Shown one piece after another: positions 1-13,554 of a stretch of 64,000 bases of DNA. This DNA comes from an uncultured Gemmatimonadaceae bacterium (lineage in GTDB: Bacteria > Gemmatimonadota > Gemmatimonadetes > Gemmatimonadales > Gemmatimonadaceae). Below the pieces are notes generated by a model. That model worked only from the letters and a program-made list of their open reading frames with translations, had not been told where the DNA came from and did no database searches. The stretch lies in assembly GCA_963829055.1 (NCBI GenBank), contig CAWHHI010000012.1, positions 448,001-512,000 on the forward strand. Reading direction: 5' to 3'. The position numbers were made by a program, and so were the translations under genes. The stretch's first letter is position 1, and each line of letters opens with the position of its first letter.

Positions 1-555
1 TGGAACCTGCGATGCGCATGCCCTCCGCTCAGCTGGCCGAGCAACACGTCCGCTGCATCGTTGCACCGTTGGAGCTCACCGCTCTCGTCGATGATGCAGA
101 CGGCATCGGTGATCGCGTCGAACGTCGACTGCCCATTGCTCGGCCGCAATTCCGCACCTTCTCCTCGGCCGCGCGCACGCGCAGCAGCGCGCGAACGGTC
201 GCGATCAGCTCCTGCGGCTCCACCGGGTGCGTGAGGAACGCGTCGGCGCCGGCCTCGAGGCCCTGCGCACGCCATTCGCCGGTCGTGAAGCCCGGCGCGA
301 CGTGAATGATCGGAATCGGTTGCGGTCGCGGGGTCGGCCTTCAGCCGATTCGCGAACTCGAACGCCGTACGGCCGGGTAGCTCAGTGTCGAGCACGACGA
401 CGTCGGGACGATGCGCGAGCTGCGCTTCCAGCTCCGCCGCGTTCGACGCGTCCAGCACGTCGAATCCCGCCTGGCCGAAGCCAGAACCCGATGGCCTCGC
501 GACCGTCGCTCGCGTCGTCGGCAACGAGAATGGTTCGTGCTCGGGTTCCGCTCAC
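1..555 (-). CDS. N-terminal part of a receiver + PAS signalling protein (probably a hybrid sensor kinase); runs off the window edge; frameshifted
   Basis: GTG at 555 with a GAGGGG RBS. Receiver-like segments TILVADD and VEPQELIATVRALLR are followed by PAS-like WQSTFDAITDAVCIIDESG in another frame. Confidence 0.6.
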
Positions 556-695
556 GGTGTTCTTCCCCTCAATTTCCGAGTGCGCTTCGGAGTCGTTAGC
601 CACAGCCGTGCTGCGACACTGTGAAAGATGCGCGCCAATACGTCCGGGCAATTCTGTGTCCGCTGTCAATCCAACGCCCAACTACCCGACGACTG

Positions 696-2021
696 ATGCG
701 ATTGTCGCTCGGCCCACTCGTCGCCGCAATCGTTGCTCGCCCCAACTGCGCTCGCCGCACAAGGCGTCTGCGTCGGCGCTCACGCGCGAGATCGACCGCC
801 GTGCGCCGCAGCTCGAAGCGAAAGCCGATCGCGTGGCGACGTGATATCCACCAGCACCCCGAGCTGTCGAATCGCGAGGTGCGGACGTCGAAGCTCGTCG
901 CGGATCATCTCGCGCTCACTCGGGATCGAGGTCCGCACGCGTCGCCAAGACCGGAGTCGTCGGCATCGCTTCGCGGCGGGAAACCGGGCCCCGTCGTCGC
1001 GCTCCGCGCGGACATGGACGCGCTGCCGGTGGCCGAGGAGGTCGATGTGCCGTTCAAGTCGACCGTGCGGTCCACGTACAACGGCCAGGACGTCGGCGTG
1101 ATGCACGCGTGCGGTCACGACGCGCACGTCGCGATTCTGATGAGCGTCGGCGGAGCTGCTCGCCGGTATGCGTGATCAGGTTCCGGGGACCGTGAAGTTT
1201 CTCTTCCAGCCCTCCGAGGAAGGTGCACCGCCGGGTGAAGAGGGCGGCGCGGCGCTGATGATCAAGGAGGGCGCGCTCGACAATCCGAAGGTCGACGCGG
1301 TGTTCGGCCTGCACGTGTTCCCGTACGAGGTCGGGACGATGCACTATCGACCGGGTGCGCTCATGGCGAGCTCGGACCGATTCGAGATCGTCGTGCACGG
1401 CCGGCAGACACACGGTGCACTGCCCTGGAACGGCGTCGACCCGGTGGTCGTCGCGTCGCAGATCGTGCTCGGGCTCCAGACCATAACGAGTCGGCAGGTG
1501 AATCTCGTCGCAGTCGCCGGCGGTCGTGACCGTCGGGCGAATCAACGGCGGCGTGCGCTACAACATTGTGCCGGATAGCACGGTGCTCGAGGGCACGATC
1601 CGCACGTTCGACGAGGGCATGCGATCGGATATCCACGAGCGAGTGAAGCGAATCGCGGAATCGATCGCGGCAAGCGCAGGAGCGACGGCCACCGCGACGG
1701 TGTTTCCGTACACGCCGCGTGACGATGAACGACGTCGCGCTGACCGAACGCATGGCTGGCACGCTCAAGCGCGTGGCCGGCGCGGACAAGGTGGCGATTG
1801 CGAAGCAGACGACGACGGCCGAGGACTTCGCGCTGTACGAGCAGAAGGTGCCGGGCATGTTCTTCTTCCTCGGGATCACGCCGAAGGGGCAGGATGCGTC
1901 GAAGGCGGCGCCTAACCATTCGCCGCGATTCTTCGTGGATGAGGCCGCGTTGGTGCCGGGCATTCGCGCGCTCGCGAACCTCGCGGTCGACTACCTGCAA
2001 TCGGCAAAGCCGGCGCAGTAA
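696..2021 (+). CDS. M20D family amidohydrolase (frameshifted)
   Basis: Motifs RRDIHQHPELS, VALRADMDALP, MHACGHDAH, FQPSEEG, GRQTHGA, TAEDF and NHSPRF are spread over ORFs 621, 1168, 1526 and 1719. Confidence 0.9.
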
Positions 2022-2100
2022 GCCAGTGCAGTCCGCCGGCCCGGTGAAACCGCGTTCACCGAGGCCAGCCGTACGTCGGGAGACCTCAACCCCGACCCCC

Positions 2101-4543
2101 ATGCAGGCGGTTCTCAGAGACATCCGATACGGCGCCCGTTCGCTGCGTGAAGAGCCGCGCGCTGACGGCGGTCGCGGTCCTCGCCCTCACGCTCGGCATC
2201 GGACTCACGACGACGATGTTCAGCATCGTGTACGGCGCGCTGCTCAAGGGCATGCCCTTCCCCGATCCCGACGACTCGTCGCCGTGGCAGCGACAGAACC
2301 TGTCGCGCGGCAATCGAGCGCATGCTGACACCGATTCACGATTACCTCGACTACCGCGCGCAGCAGCGGAGCTTCACGGGCATCGCCGCGCTATCACAGC
2401 GGCACCGTCAACGTCAGCGGGGCCGAGAAGGCCGAGCGCTACGACGGCGCGTGGGTGACCGCCGAGTTGTTCGACGTGCTTCAGGTCCGACCGCTGCTCG
2501 GCCGTACGTTCCGCGCGAGCGAGGAAACGCCCGGGCTCGGGCAACGTCGCCATGCTGAGCCACTCGATGTGGCAGGATCGTTATGCGGGCGACCCGCAGA
2601 TCATCGGCAAGTCCATTCGCGCGAACGGGCAGTCCCGTACACGGTCGTTGGCGTGATGCCGCCGGAATTTCAGTTTCCGGATCAGCAGGCGATCTGGATG
2701 CCGATGCAGCTGGACGCCACGAAGCTCGAGCGCGGCAAGGGGCTCGGCGCTCGAGGTCGTCGCGCGACTCAAGCCGGGCGTGTCGCTCGACGCCGCGAAC
2801 GCCGACGTCAACGCCATCGCGCGCCGGATCGCGGCCGAGTACAAGACGACGAACGAAGGCATCACGCGCGTCGGCGCGGCCGATCATCGAGACGCAGATC
2901 GGCCCGCAGGCGCGTCGACTGCTCTGGACGATGCTCGGCGCCGTGTTCTTCGTGCTGCTCATCGCGTGCGCGAACGTCGCGAATCTGCTGCTCGACCGCG
3001 CCGCGCATCGGACCAAGGAAGTCGGCATTCGCACGGCGCTCGGCGCATCGCGGCTGGCGGTCGTTAGGCAGTTCCTGAGCGAAGCGCTGGTGCTCGCCGG
3101 CGCCGGCGCCGTGCTTCGGCGACGGTGCGTCGCGCAGGTCGGCGTGATGCTGTTCAACCGCGCCATCGCCGACACGAATCCACCGTTCTGGCTCGACATC
3201 CGGCTGCACCCGCCGGTGCTGCTGTTCGTCGCGGCGACTGCGGTCGTCGCGAGCCTGTTCTCCGGAGCGATTCCCGCGTATCAGTCGTCGCGCGCGGACA
3301 TCAACGAGATCCTGAAGGACGAGTCGCGCGGCGCATCGAGCTTCCGCATCGGACGCCTGAGTCGCGCGCTCGTCGTGTTCGAGATCGCGCTGTCGTGCGG
3401 GCTGCTCGTCGCGTCGGGGCTCATGGTGAAGAGCGTCATCGAAGCTCCGCGACGCTCGACCCCGGCGTCACGACGAAGAACATCTTCACGGCGCGCGTCG
3501 GGTTTCCCGATACGTACACCGACACGGCGGCCCAGACCCGCTTCTTCGACGCAGCTCGCGCCCCAGCTCGCCGCGATTGCCGGGCGTCCAGGGCGTCGTC
3601 GCTCAGCTCGCAGGTGCCGGGCACAGTGCTGCGGGCGGCAGCCTCGTCGCGATCGAGGGCAAGGCGTACGCGACCAGATCGCGATTATCCGCTCACGCAG
3701 ATCGCTCACCGTGTCGGATCGAGCTTCTTCAGGACGTTCGAGGTCGCTGCGGTGCAGGGACGCGTCGTTCTCGACGGACGACAAGGCGGAATCAGTCCCG
3801 GTCGTGATCGTCAACCAGTCGTTCGTGCGGAAGCACTTCGCGTCCGACAACCCGCTCGGCCGGCGGATCCGACTTGGCGGCGCGAATTCGACGGACCCGT
3901 GGCGCACCATCGTGGGCGTCATTCCGGACATCTTCACCGGCGACCCGGCAATCCGCGCGATGCCGGCATTCTGCGTTCCACTGCCCCAGAGTCCGATCGA
4001 ACGGTTCGTGAGCATCGCCGTTCGCGCGCCTAACGCAATGGCGCTCACGCCGCAGGTGCGCGCCGCGGTGGCCTCGCTCAATGCCGACATCCCGATCTAC
4101 TTCGTGTCGTCCGATGAGCGAGGCGGTGCGAGCGGAACGTCTGGCACATCCGCGTGTTCGGCGGCCTGTTCATGGTCTTCGGATGTCGCGGCGCTGCTGC
4201 TGGCCGGCTATCGGGCTGTACGCGGTGATGGCGTTCTCGGTCAGCCGTCGCGCGCGCGAGGTCGGCATCCGCATCGCGCTCGGCGCGCGCACGTCGCACG
4301 TGCTGCGCCTGGTGTTCCGCCAGGGGATCATCCAGCTCGCGATCGGCATGACGTTAGGCCTCGGCCTCGGCGCGCTGGTGTCGCAGGGCATTGCGCTGGC
4401 GCTGTTCGAGGTGCAGCCGCGGGATCCGGTGACCTTCGCGGCGGTCGTTGCGCGTGCTCACGGCGGCGGGACTGCTGGCGTGCTACATCCCGGCGCGTCG
4501 AGCGGCAAAGGTCGATCCCCTCAGCGCAATGCGAGCCGAGTGA
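2101..4543 (+). CDS. ADOP/MacB-like duplicated ABC permease (frameshifted)
   Basis: [79 protein letters not shown] and a C-terminal VDPLSAMRAE. Confidence 0.9.
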
Positions 4544-4600
4544 TACGGACACGGGCTGGCATCGCGGACGGCGTGCCTGTCGCGAGTGATCAGTGCGTGA

Positions 4601-4710
4601 GTCGTCGGTCATCAGTCATCAGTCCGAGTCGTCAGTAGCAGCGATGGCGGCTCGCAGCCGTTCGCCAGGCGAGACTGAAAACTGATGACTGACGACTGAG
4701 CACTGACGAC
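4601..4710. repeat. Inverted 7-nt-period repeat, (GTCATCA)n...(ACTGANN)n, between convergent genes
   Basis: Left arm gtcgtcg gtcatca gtcatca at 4601-4624; right arm actgaaa actgatg actgacg actgagc actgacg at 4674-4710. Confidence 0.7.
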
Positions 4711-4757
4711 ATGTTACTGCTAGACCGACTGCATGCCAGCCTAACGCCGCAGCAGCT

Positions 4758-6128
4758 CTAGAAGAACTTCGAGATCGTGTAGAGCAGTAGCCCCACGAGT
4801 CCGCCGACGAGCGTCCCGTTGATGCGGACGATACTGCAGGTCCTTTCCGATCTGCAGTTCGATCTTCTTCGACGTCTCCTCGGCGTCCCACTGCCCGACC
4901 GTGTAGGAGATGAGCTGCGCCGACCTCGCCGCGGAACTGCTCCACCGCGTAGAGCACCGCGTCCAGGATCCACTGGTCGATCTTCGCCATGAGCTCGGCG
5001 TCGCTTCAGCACCGCGCTCGCCGAGCTTCATGAGGCCCTGCTCGACCGCGCCCGGCGGGTCGGTCTCCTTGCGCTCTGCATAACGCGCGAGCGCGTGCTT
5101 GGCGTCGCCCCAGATGGTCGCGGAGAACTGCCGCACGGCCGGATTGGCGAGCATGTCCTCCTTGATCTCCTCCGCGCGCGCGATGACCTCGGGTGACGTG
5201 CGCAGCTTCTCGATGAACTCCGTGAGCGCGTGATCGAATCGCTCGCGCAGCGGGTGCGCCGGATCGGCCGCCACCTGATGCAGCGTGTTCTCGATCGCCG
5301 ACGACGACCTTGTCGTGAATCCGATCGTCCACGGCCTCCGGGAGCCACCACGGACTCTCCTCGCGGATGCGCTGCCGGATCAGCTCCTCGTTGCGCGACA
5401 CGCCGTCCGAGATCAGGCGCAGCGCTTCGTCGAGCAGCTCCTGATGGCGGTTGTCCGCCGTCAGCAGCGACAGGACGTTGCCTAGCACGGGTGCGACCTG
5501 CGTCTTCCGGACACGCGTGACCAGCGCGCGATCGATCATCGCCTGCACATCTTCGTCGCGCAGCACCTGCGCCGTGCCGGCGAGCCCCGATCGCGACGTG
5601 GTGCGCGATGCGCCGGCTGTTGGCGGGATCGCTGATCCATTTCGCGATGCGCTCCGCGATGCGCAGCCCGTGCAATCGCGCCGCGATCACCTCGCGCGAC
5701 AGGAAGTTGTTCTGCACGAACCCGCCAAGGCTGCGGCCGATGCGGTCCTTGCGGCTCGGGATGATCGCCGTATGCGGAATCGGAATGCCCAGCGGGTGGC
5801 GGAACAGCGCGGTGATGGCGAACCAGTCGGCGAGGCCGCCAACCATCGCCGCCTCGGCCGTCGCCCGAACGAACCCGAGCCACGGGAACTGTCGCTCGAG
5901 CACGAGCGAGACGACGAACAGCACGGAGGCGCCGACGAGCAGTCCGGTCGCCCGCCGCTTCATGCGGTCGAGCTGGATCTGCTTGTTCGGGTCTTCCTTG
6001 TGGATCGGCACCCGCGGCGCCGAGGCGCGGCACCGGCGGGTCCGGGACGCGACGATCGCGCCGCCCGTCGGTTCACTGGCAGCAGGCTGATCGGGCTCGG
6101 CAGGTGGGCGAAGTTGAGGTATCGCCAT
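4758..6128 (-). CDS. DUF445 family membrane protein (frameshifted)
   Basis: MKRRATGLL, AEAAMVGGLADWFAITALFRHPLGIPIPHTAIIP, IELQIGKDLQY and RINGTLVGGLVG. Confidence 0.9.
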
Positions 6129-6240
6129 GGTGTAAAGCTGAAAGGACGGCCGAGTGGGTGGAAGGGTTGCGGCCGAAGGCGCGGCGCGCATGCCTGGACC
6201 GTTGCGCGTACTGCGGCGTACGCCGCGCAGCATGCAGACC

Positions 6241-6669
6241 ATGGAAAAGCGCGACTACCTGCTCCGCCAGATCGAGGCCCTCGGCCGAATCCTCTCCCGA
6301 CTACGGGAGCTGATCGTCGGCGGTGCCACCGCGGCAGGCCGACGCCAGATCCGCGAGGAGATGCGGAACGTCGGCCTCGACCTCGCTATGGCGAACGCCC
6401 TCGACCCGGCGACGCTGCTGATGCTGCTCGGCAGCCCGGTCCTGGACACCCGGCGCGCGTTCACGGTCGGCTCGTTGCTCCATCATGGACGCGCTGCGCG
6501 CGCGCGCCGACGGCGACGAGGCTGGGCGGCGCGGAGCGTCGCCAACGCGCTCGCGTTGCTGCAGGCGGCGCAAGCCCATGCTCGATCCGAACGTGCCGAG
6601 CTCGCGGATCAGATCATCGACGAGATCGCTCGGCGCCAGCCGACGCGCTCATCGCTCCGTGCAGACTGA
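6241..6669 (+). CDS. Hypothetical protein, DUF6483-like
   Basis: N-terminus MEKRDYLLRQIEALGRIL resembles this small helical family; one probable indel. Confidence 0.55.
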   Translation: MEKRDYLLRQIEALGRILSRLRELIVGGATAAGRRQIREEMRNVGLDLAMANALDPATLLMLLGSPVLDTRRAFTVGSLLHHGRAARARRRRRGWAARSVANALALLQAAQAHARSERAELADQIIDEIARRQPTRSSLRAD

Positions 6670-6673
6670 CGCG

Positions 6674-7666
6674 CTAACTTGCCGGACTCGGGGATCCCGA
6701 ACCGCGCTTCCCGTTCCGCTGGAGCTCGCGCGATCGCGTAGTAGAGCTGCGCGTAGGCGACGTCCTCGACCGTCGGCGAGTCGACGCCAGCCGCGTTCGG
6801 CCCCATGATCGAGGACCACGCGCCCGTGTGGCCGAAGCCGATCGCGTGCAGCAGCTCGTGCGTCGCGACGCGCGACTCGCCCAGATACTCGTTCTGACTC
6901 ACCGTCACGAGCGCCTCGTAGATGCGACCGCTCTGCGTCGTACGTGATGAACGTCTTCCCGGCCGCGGACATTCCGCTGGTTCACCGTCACGAAGAATGC
7001 CGTCCGCGCCCGGCATCGACTTCCTCGAACGAGGCCGGACGGAAGAGCGTGCGGCCGAGCAGCCGCTCGAGGTTCCGTCGCCATCTCCCAGAAGCCGAGC
7101 GGAGTCGCTCGCCGAGATGAATCGGGTCGCCGCGCTCGTGGCGGAACGCGACTCGGATCGGAAAGCTGTCCGCGACCCAGCTCACCGGCGCGACCAGCGA
7201 GCCGGCCGCGTCGCGTCAGCCGCCAGTAGCCGGGACCGTCGCCGTACCGCGTCGTTGCGCGTGACCGGATCGATCGGCACGTCACGACCGTCGAACGGGC
7301 CGCCGCGAATGCGCCAGTGCGTCGGCACGAGCACGATGCGCGCTGGTTCGTTCGGCGCACCTGGGACCGAGCGTGACCACGCTCGTGTGGTAGCGCGGCG
7401 CGCGTCGAATCGCTGAAGACGCGCAGCGTGACGCGGCCTCGACGGTGGCGACGGGAACGATCCAACGAAGATGCCTGACGAGTCGATCAGCGGCTTCGTA
7501 GCGGCCCGCGCGCGTCGATCGCGACGACGTGGACGCCATCGAGCGCGCCGCTGTCAGCGGCGATGATTCGCCCGCCGAACACGTACGAATCGCGCGGCGG
7601 TGAGGCGAGTCGTGCATCGCGCATCACGCTGGCCAGCGCGACGGCGCACATCACCCGAATCCACAT
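6674..7666 (-). CDS. Exported metzincin-like zinc metalloprotease (frameshifted; 3' end uncertain)
   Basis: THELLHAIGFGH (HExxHxxGxxH) followed by the Met-turn SIMG; signal-like start MWIRVMCAVALASV. Confidence 0.6.
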
Positions 7667-7833
7667 GGGCACACCTGTCCATCCGGTCCTGACCCGCCGA
7701 CGCGTCACAACAAGAAGTCGTCGAGGGGCACCCGAATCTACGAGCGTGCGCAGGCACGCGCACGCTTCAGAAGCACAGCCGCTCGCGGGTGTCAGCCGCT
7801 CAGTCCGGCACGGTCACTGCGTTAGGGCTGGCT

Positions 7834-8680
7834 ATGCAATGTCCCCAAGGATTCCACGCGCGGCGATTCGTCGCGGTGCTGTGGGGAGCAACGGTTGTGC
7901 TCCCATCCATGCTGCCGGCGCAGGGGTCGGACTCCCTGCGTGCCTCGCATCACCCACCGGTCATCACGTGGCTCGACGCGGCGACGCTCGGCGCCGGCAT
8001 CGCGGGCTCGATCGCGCTCATGGGCAGCGACTCTCGGATCGCCAGGCGACTGCAGAGCGATCCGTACCAGAACAACGATCACTACCAGGACATCGCCAGC
8101 GTCGCTGGAAAGTTCAACGAGAAGAGTCTGTTCGCCGTCGGGCTGATCACGTACGGCGTGGCGAAGCTCGTGCACGCGCCGCGCACGACAACGGACATCG
8201 CGTGGCACACGACGGAGTCGATCTTCATCGCCAGCGCGACCGCGACGATCGCCCGCGGCATCCTCGGCCGCTCGCGGCCGTTCGTCACGGCGGATTCCGA
8301 TGCCTATGACTACAAGCCGGGCATGGGATTTCGGGAGTTGAAGTACCGCGCGTACCCGTCCATTCACGCCGCGTCCGCGTTCGCCACCGCATCCGCGCTG
8401 ACGACGGAGACGGCACGCCACTCCCACGGGGCGGCGTGGATAGTCGGCCCGCTCAGCTACTCGCTGGCGACATTGCCCGGCCTCGCGCGCATGTACGAGG
8501 ACAAGCACTGGGCGAGCGACGTGCTGATGGGCGCAGCGTTAGGCACGGTGACTGGCTGGGCGACGGTGCGCTATCATCACAACCGCGAGGGCAACCGACT
8601 CGACAAGTTCTTTCTCGGCCCGGCGCCATCGGCAACATCGAACGGCGGAGATCGCGCTCGACGTGGGGCTTCACGTTTGA
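7834..8680 (+). CDS. PAP2 family phosphatase
   Basis: GRSRP, YPSIHAASAF and ARMYEDKHWASDV match the PAP2 C1-C3 motifs; the 3' end is disturbed by an indel. Confidence 0.85.
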
Positions 8681-9365
8681 ACGGCTGTCATGGCTCCCTC
8701 GCCCGCCCGGGCCCGCAGCGCCGCCAGCGTCCACGATCTCGATACGCCCACCACCAAGCGAGCGAACCAGGCCCGCCGTTCGCAGCGCGTGCAGCTCGCG
8801 TACGATCACCTCGCGCACCGTCCCCAGCTCCTCGGCGAGCTGCTGTTGCGTCATGCCGAGCGCGATCACGGCGCGGCCGCGCGCGTCCGCGCGCGTCGTC
8901 AGGTATTCGGCAAGTCGAGCGGACACCGAGTGGAGCGCGCTGCGGTCGAGCCGCTCGACGACCTCGCGAACCCGCCGCGCGAGGCGCTCGAGCAGCACGA
9001 ACGCCGCGTCGGGACTCGAGCGGATCGCCGCGGCCAGTGCTTCACGCGCGATGACCGCACACACCGTCGGCTCCGCCGCTACCGCGGTCGCCGGGTAGTC
9101 GCCGCCCCCGAACATCGGAACCTCGCCGAGCGTGCCGCCAACGCCCTCGACATGGACCACCTGCGCGCGCCCGCCCGCGCGCCGGATCACGCGGACCTTG
9201 CCTTCGAGCACGACCATCAGCCCCGAGGCAGATTCGCCCGCGCGAAAGAGCGTCTCGCCGCGTCGCAAAACGTCGCTCGACAGCACGGTCGGCCAACGTC
9301 TGGACAGCCGCACGCGGGAATGCGGCAAAGAACGGAATGGCGTCGAGTCGGTCGCGTGAGATCAT
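8671..9365 (-). CDS. Crp/Fnr family transcriptional regulator (frameshifted)
   Basis: cNMP-binding fold (LFRAGES, VVLEGKVRV, GEVPMFGGGDYPATA) and HTH MTQQQLAEELGTVREVIVREL. Confidence 0.9.
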
Positions 9366-9524
9366 GCGTCGATGGTACACCGCGATCGACGCGTCGCCAG
9401 CAGGCGTTCGAGGAGTGACAGAAGTTTCACGTCAGCCGCGCCCGACTCGTTATCGTTGCCCTGAGCACGCGTAGACAGCGTTCAGCGGCGTCGTGCGCCC
9501 CATCACTTCTGGACATCTACTTCA

Positions 9525-10114
9525 ATGCGACTCCTCAACTTCAGCGGCACGCCAGCGGCACTTCTCATGATCTCGTTCGCGGCGGCCGCGCTTGCACGGG
9601 CAGACCATGGGCGGAATGGACCACAGCGCTCACGCCGCCATGAGCAAGACATCAGCGCCGATGCCCGCTGGCCAGGACGCGTACGCCACGGTCGCCGCGG
9701 TCGTTGCGGCACTGGAGGCCGATTCGACCACGGACTGGTCGAAGGTCAACATCGAGGCGCTTCGCCAGCATCTGCTCGTCATGAACGACGTGACGCTCGG
9801 GGCGCGCGCGACGCAGTCTCCGGTCGCCGGCGGCGCACGCATGGACGTCACGGGCGACGGCCGCGTCGCGCAGTCCATTCGCGCCATGCTGCACGCACAT
9901 GCGCGGCGAGCTGGAGAAGTTGGGCACGTACCACGCGACGGTCGACGACATTCCGTCGGGCGCCCGCCTAACGGTGACGGCGTCGGACGCCGGCAACACG
10001 GCGACCGATTGCGAAGATCCGCGGCTTGGGCTTCATCGGCCTGCTGACGTTCGGCGACCACCACGCGCCGCACCATATCGCGCTGGCCGCGGCAGACGAT
10101 GAGCGCATCGGTAG
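9525..10114 (+). CDS. Exported His/Met-rich conserved hypothetical protein (possible metal binding; frameshifted)
   Basis: Signal-like N-terminus, then MGGMDHSAHAAM, GQDAYA...LEADSTTDWSKVNIEALRQHL and C-terminal GFIGLLTFGDHHAPHH. Confidence 0.65.
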
Positions 10115-10125
10115 GTCTCAGGTCG

Positions 10126-11792
<1,667 letters not shown>

Positions 11793-12029
11793 GTGTCGCT
11801 TCCAGGAAGGTGAGTAGGCTAGTGGACTGAGCGGCAGATGGGCCGGAATCACCTGCTATCAACATCTCACCGACGCTCCACTAGTCAGCGGGGCGTCAGC
11901 ACTTTTGCGACGACTACTGCTCCAACATACACTTCAGGCGACGAGCAGCCCATACCCAGCCATGGCTGGTACCGCAGTGTCCACCAGTGCGTACCATCGT
12001 CCACCATCGGACCGCTCGGGAGCTCGGCC

Positions 12030-12472
12030 ATGAACATCTTCTCGACGACGCCGTCGCAACGTCAGCTCGGGCGTGGGCCTGCTCGTTCTGCGTCTCGCGC
12101 TCGGGCTCGTGTTCATCGTTCATGGCGGCCAGAAGCTGTTCGTGATGGGCCCGAGCGGCGACCGGCGGCATGCTCGGGCAGATGGGGATACCCGGCGCGG
12201 CACTGTTCGGGCCGATGCTCGCGATCGTCGAGCCACTCGCTGGAGTCGGCGCTCATGCTCGGCCTGCTCACTCGTCTCGCCGGCATTCGCGATCGCGTCC
12301 GACATGTTCGGCGCGATCGCTTATGTTTCACATCCACGCACGGCTTCTTCGTGCCGATGGGAATCGAGTTTCCGATGATGCTCTGCGCGAGCGGCGCTCG
12401 CGCTGGCCGCGCTCGGCGCGGGACCCTTCTCGATCGATCATGCCATCGATCGAGCGACGCAATGCAACCTGA
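12030..12472 (+). CDS. DoxX family membrane protein (CatD-like; frameshifted)
   Basis: GLLVLRLALGLVFIVHGGQKLF, LGLLTR, GIEFPMML and GAGPFSID. Confidence 0.85.
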
Positions 12473-12483
12473 GGAATCGCGTC

Positions 12484-13423
12484 ATGTCTGATGCGGATCC
12501 GAACCACGCGTCCGGTGCACGTCGGAAAATGCCGAGGATCGCGGCATCGCGCCGCCGGGATTTCGGCTCCCACCCGCGACGCACATAGGCGTCGTTCGCC
12601 TGCAGGTCGCGGACCTCGCGCGCTCGCTCGCGTACTACGAGCGCGTCCTCGGATTTCGCGTACGTGCGCCGCGACCGACGGGGTCGCGGCTCGGCACCAG
12701 TCGACGGCGAATCGCCGATCCTCGAGCTGCGCGAACGGCCCGGCGCGCAACCCGCATCCGCGAGCGCGGCCAGCTCGGACTCTTTCACTTCGCGATTCTC
12801 CTTCCCGATCGCGCGTCGCTCGGACGCTTCGTTACGCCACCTGTCGGAGATCGGCGCGTACGCCGGCATGTCCGATCATCTCGTGAGCGAGGCGCTCTAC
12901 CTCACGGATCCCGACGGACTCGGGCATCGAGGTGTACGCCGACCGTCCGCGCGCGGAGTGGACGTACGACGGCCGCGAGCTCGCAGATGGCGACGCTTCC
13001 GCTCGACGTGCAGGACCTCGTGGCGGCCGGCGGGACAGAGCGCTGGACGGGCATGCCTAACGGGACGACGATCGGCCACGTGCATCTGCACGTCGGCGAT
13101 CTCGAGGAGGCCGCCGCGTTCTACCACGAGGCGCTCGGCTTCGACAAGGTCGTCTGGAGCTACCCGGGCGCGTTGTTCCTCTCGGCGGGCGGCTACCATC
13201 ATCATCTCGGCACGAACACGTGGGCGGCGGCGCACCGCCGCGCGGGCGAGGATGACGCGAGCCTGCGTCGAGTGGGAGCTCGTGCTGCCTGACGCGGCGA
13301 GTGTCGCGCGGCGGCGGCGAGCGTCGAGCGGCGGGCGGGTCGAACGTTCGCCGGACGGCAGGTCCTCGCGCGCGATCCGTGGGGCACGGCCGTGAGGCTC
13401 GTCGCGGCTGAGGAAGACCGTAG
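12484..13423 (+). CDS. catE: VOC family protein, catechol 2,3-dioxygenase (CatE)-like (frameshifted; end approximate)
   Basis: [53 protein letters not shown] and DPWG; sits downstream of DoxX as in catDE. Confidence 0.8.
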
Positions 13424-13554
13424 AACCAATGACGGCGGACGACGCGAGGCGGAGAAGCGGTCATCCACGAGCGATCTCGTGATGCATGGCCGTCTCGACG
13501 CATCGAAGTCACTCGTCATGAGCCTCGGCGATCGCTCCTCGGAGACGACGCGCG

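Noticed and set aside
11793..12029. Riboswitch or ncRNA in the pgi-doxX spacer
   Set aside because: The spacer is somewhat AT-richer, but I recognised no conserved aptamer or convincing structure; it is probably just divergent promoters.
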